NCBI RefSeq assembly: GCF_006345805.1
Contig: NW_021824140.1
Span: 1 to 20,233 of the forward strand
DNA from: Octopus sinensis
Taxonomy: Eukaryota
Direction of reading: 5' to 3'
Length of the DNA stretch: 20,233 nucleotides
Under the pieces are notes generated by a model. The model did no database searches, was not told where the DNA came from, and was given only the letters and a program-made list of their open reading frames with translations. The translations under genes and the position numbers were made by a program. Positions 19,040 to 20,233 of the stretch are shown piece by piece. Numbering within the stretch: position 1 is the first letter of the stretch; each line of letters begins with the position of its first letter.

Positions 19040-19155
19040 GGGGATTCGACAGGATTGTTAGCGGATTGCTTAGAATGTATTGAAGTAGTCATTCTGGCAT
19101 TCTGTGCCCTGAGTTCAAATCCCATCAACGTCAACTTTGCTTTTTCATTCTTTCA
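19040..19155 (+). mobile_element. Old diverged SINE head related to family B
   Basis: B-box ctgagttcaaatccc followed by gtcaactttgctttttcattctttc. Confidence 0.6.
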
Positions 19156-19199
19156 ATACAACATCAGGTACTGAAAGGAATACATCATTATATTTTGCA

Positions 19200-19286
19200 C
19201 TCTCTCATTCTCTCTCTCTCTCTCCCTCTCTCTCTCTCCCTCTCTCTCTCTCCCTCTCTCTCTCTCTCTCTTTCTCTCTTTTTCTT
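19200..19286. repeat. (CT)n microsatellite
   Basis: Direct reading. Confidence 0.95.
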
Positions 19287-19609
19287 TGAAAGATTTCCAC
19301 TGTGGTTTGACAGAGAGAGAGGGGTTAGCTACATCATGTTTAAAATACCCAAATATGAGTGTGAGGAAGGCGTCCTTATGATTCTGACAACATATGATGA
19401 CTGAAGACAGGGAATGGATATGAATAGACCCCCTCATCAATAGATATACCCAATACTCAATCCTATTGAACAACCACAGTTATCTGTGGTAGTAGTAAGT
19501 ACATCAGATAAAAATGCTATCTGATGCGTCTACTGAAAATCTAAGCAGGGTCCTGTCAAACTGTTCCTGTCTATTTATTTGCACAAGCTAATAATGAACC
19601 AATGAGAGA

Positions 19610-19795
19610 TCGTGTATGTGGTGGTTCGGTCTGCTAGATGTAGCAGCCACATCTGCCTCGTATCTTAAAACAAGGACATGTGAACTCACGTGGTTATATG
19701 GTCACTGCAAATAGGAAAAAGACAGGATGGTCACAGCTAGAATGCTTTTGATCTCAGGCCTGCGCAGTCAGGGTTGACCAAGGGCTAAACAGCAC
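19610..19795 (+). repeat. Probable old interspersed repeat fragment
   Basis: ctgctagatgtagcagcca resembles the reverse complement of 7948-7968 (acctgctagaaatagcagcca). Family not identified. Confidence 0.35.
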
Positions 19796-19830
19796 ATTTT
19801 ATTATTAGTATTGTTGTTGTTATTGTTGTT

Positions 19831-19990
19831 AAGGTGACGGAAATGTGAGCACATCAGGCAAAACGCTTAGTAGCATTTCTTCTGACTTTACATTCCAAAT
19901 TCTGATTACCATGAAGCTGACTTTGCCTTTCATCCTGTTAGGGTCAGTAAAATAGGTACCAGTTGAGTACTGGGGTTGATTAATGGACTA
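19831..19990 (+). mobile_element. Diverged monomeric SINE family B copy
   Basis: gcttagtagcatttc...gactttgcctttcatcctgttagggtcagtaaaataggtaccagttgagtactggggttga matches the array unit (minus strand). Confidence 0.8.
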
Positions 19991-20022
19991 TATATTCCAC
20001 TTTACCAAAATTGTTTTTATCT

Positions 20023-20058
20023 TCATCATCATCATCATCATCATCATCATTATCATTA
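20023..20058. repeat. (CAT)n microsatellite
   Basis: Direct reading. Confidence 0.9.
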
Positions 20059-20233
20059 TGGCGGCAAGTTGGTAGAAACATTAGCACATTGGACAAAATG
20101 CTTAGCAGCATTTTATTCACCTTTATGTTCTGAGTTCAAATTCCACCAAGGTAGACTTTCACTTTCATCCTTTCAGGGTCAATAAATTAACTATCAGTGA
20201 AACACTGGGGTCATTGTAATTGACTAATCATCC
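20059..20233 (+). mobile_element. Diverged monomeric SINE family B copy, runs off the window end
   Basis: Head ggcggcaagttggtagaaacattagcac...aaatgcttagcagcatt, B-box gagttcaaattcc, and central gactttcactttcatcctttcagggtcaataaatt. Confidence 0.85.

Noticed and set aside
19976-20185. Poly-His protein ORF
   Set aside because: It is a (CAT)n microsatellite joined to a SINE head.

Overview
Repeat-dominated, AT-rich animal non-coding DNA. It is probably from an octopus or other cephalopod, inferred from the SINE, RTE and microsatellite repertoire and not verified. I see no intact host gene. The window holds tRNA-derived SINEs of two families and a 2.3-kb tandem array of 184-bp SINE-derived units with a higher-order dimer (5469-7790). 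It also holds several 5'-truncated RTE-clade LINE copies. One has its 3' region amplified into six nested units (8706-11595), and three lie in alternating orientation. Other elements are the 3' end of an L1/Tx1-like LINE inside (GATA)n, a decayed Helitron/PIF1-type helicase fragment, a decayed zinc-knuckle LINE ORF1 with no visible ORF2, small inverted-repeat elements with hammerhead-like remnants, and many microsatellites. Three observations stand out. (i) The arrayed SINE shares its 3' tail with the L1/Tx1-like LINE. (ii) The RTE family has an internal stem-loop plus (AAATC)n tail followed by a second module ending in (GAT)n. (iii) Two independent retroelements show one-head/many-bodies amplification. 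Most supplied ORFs are artefacts of repeats.
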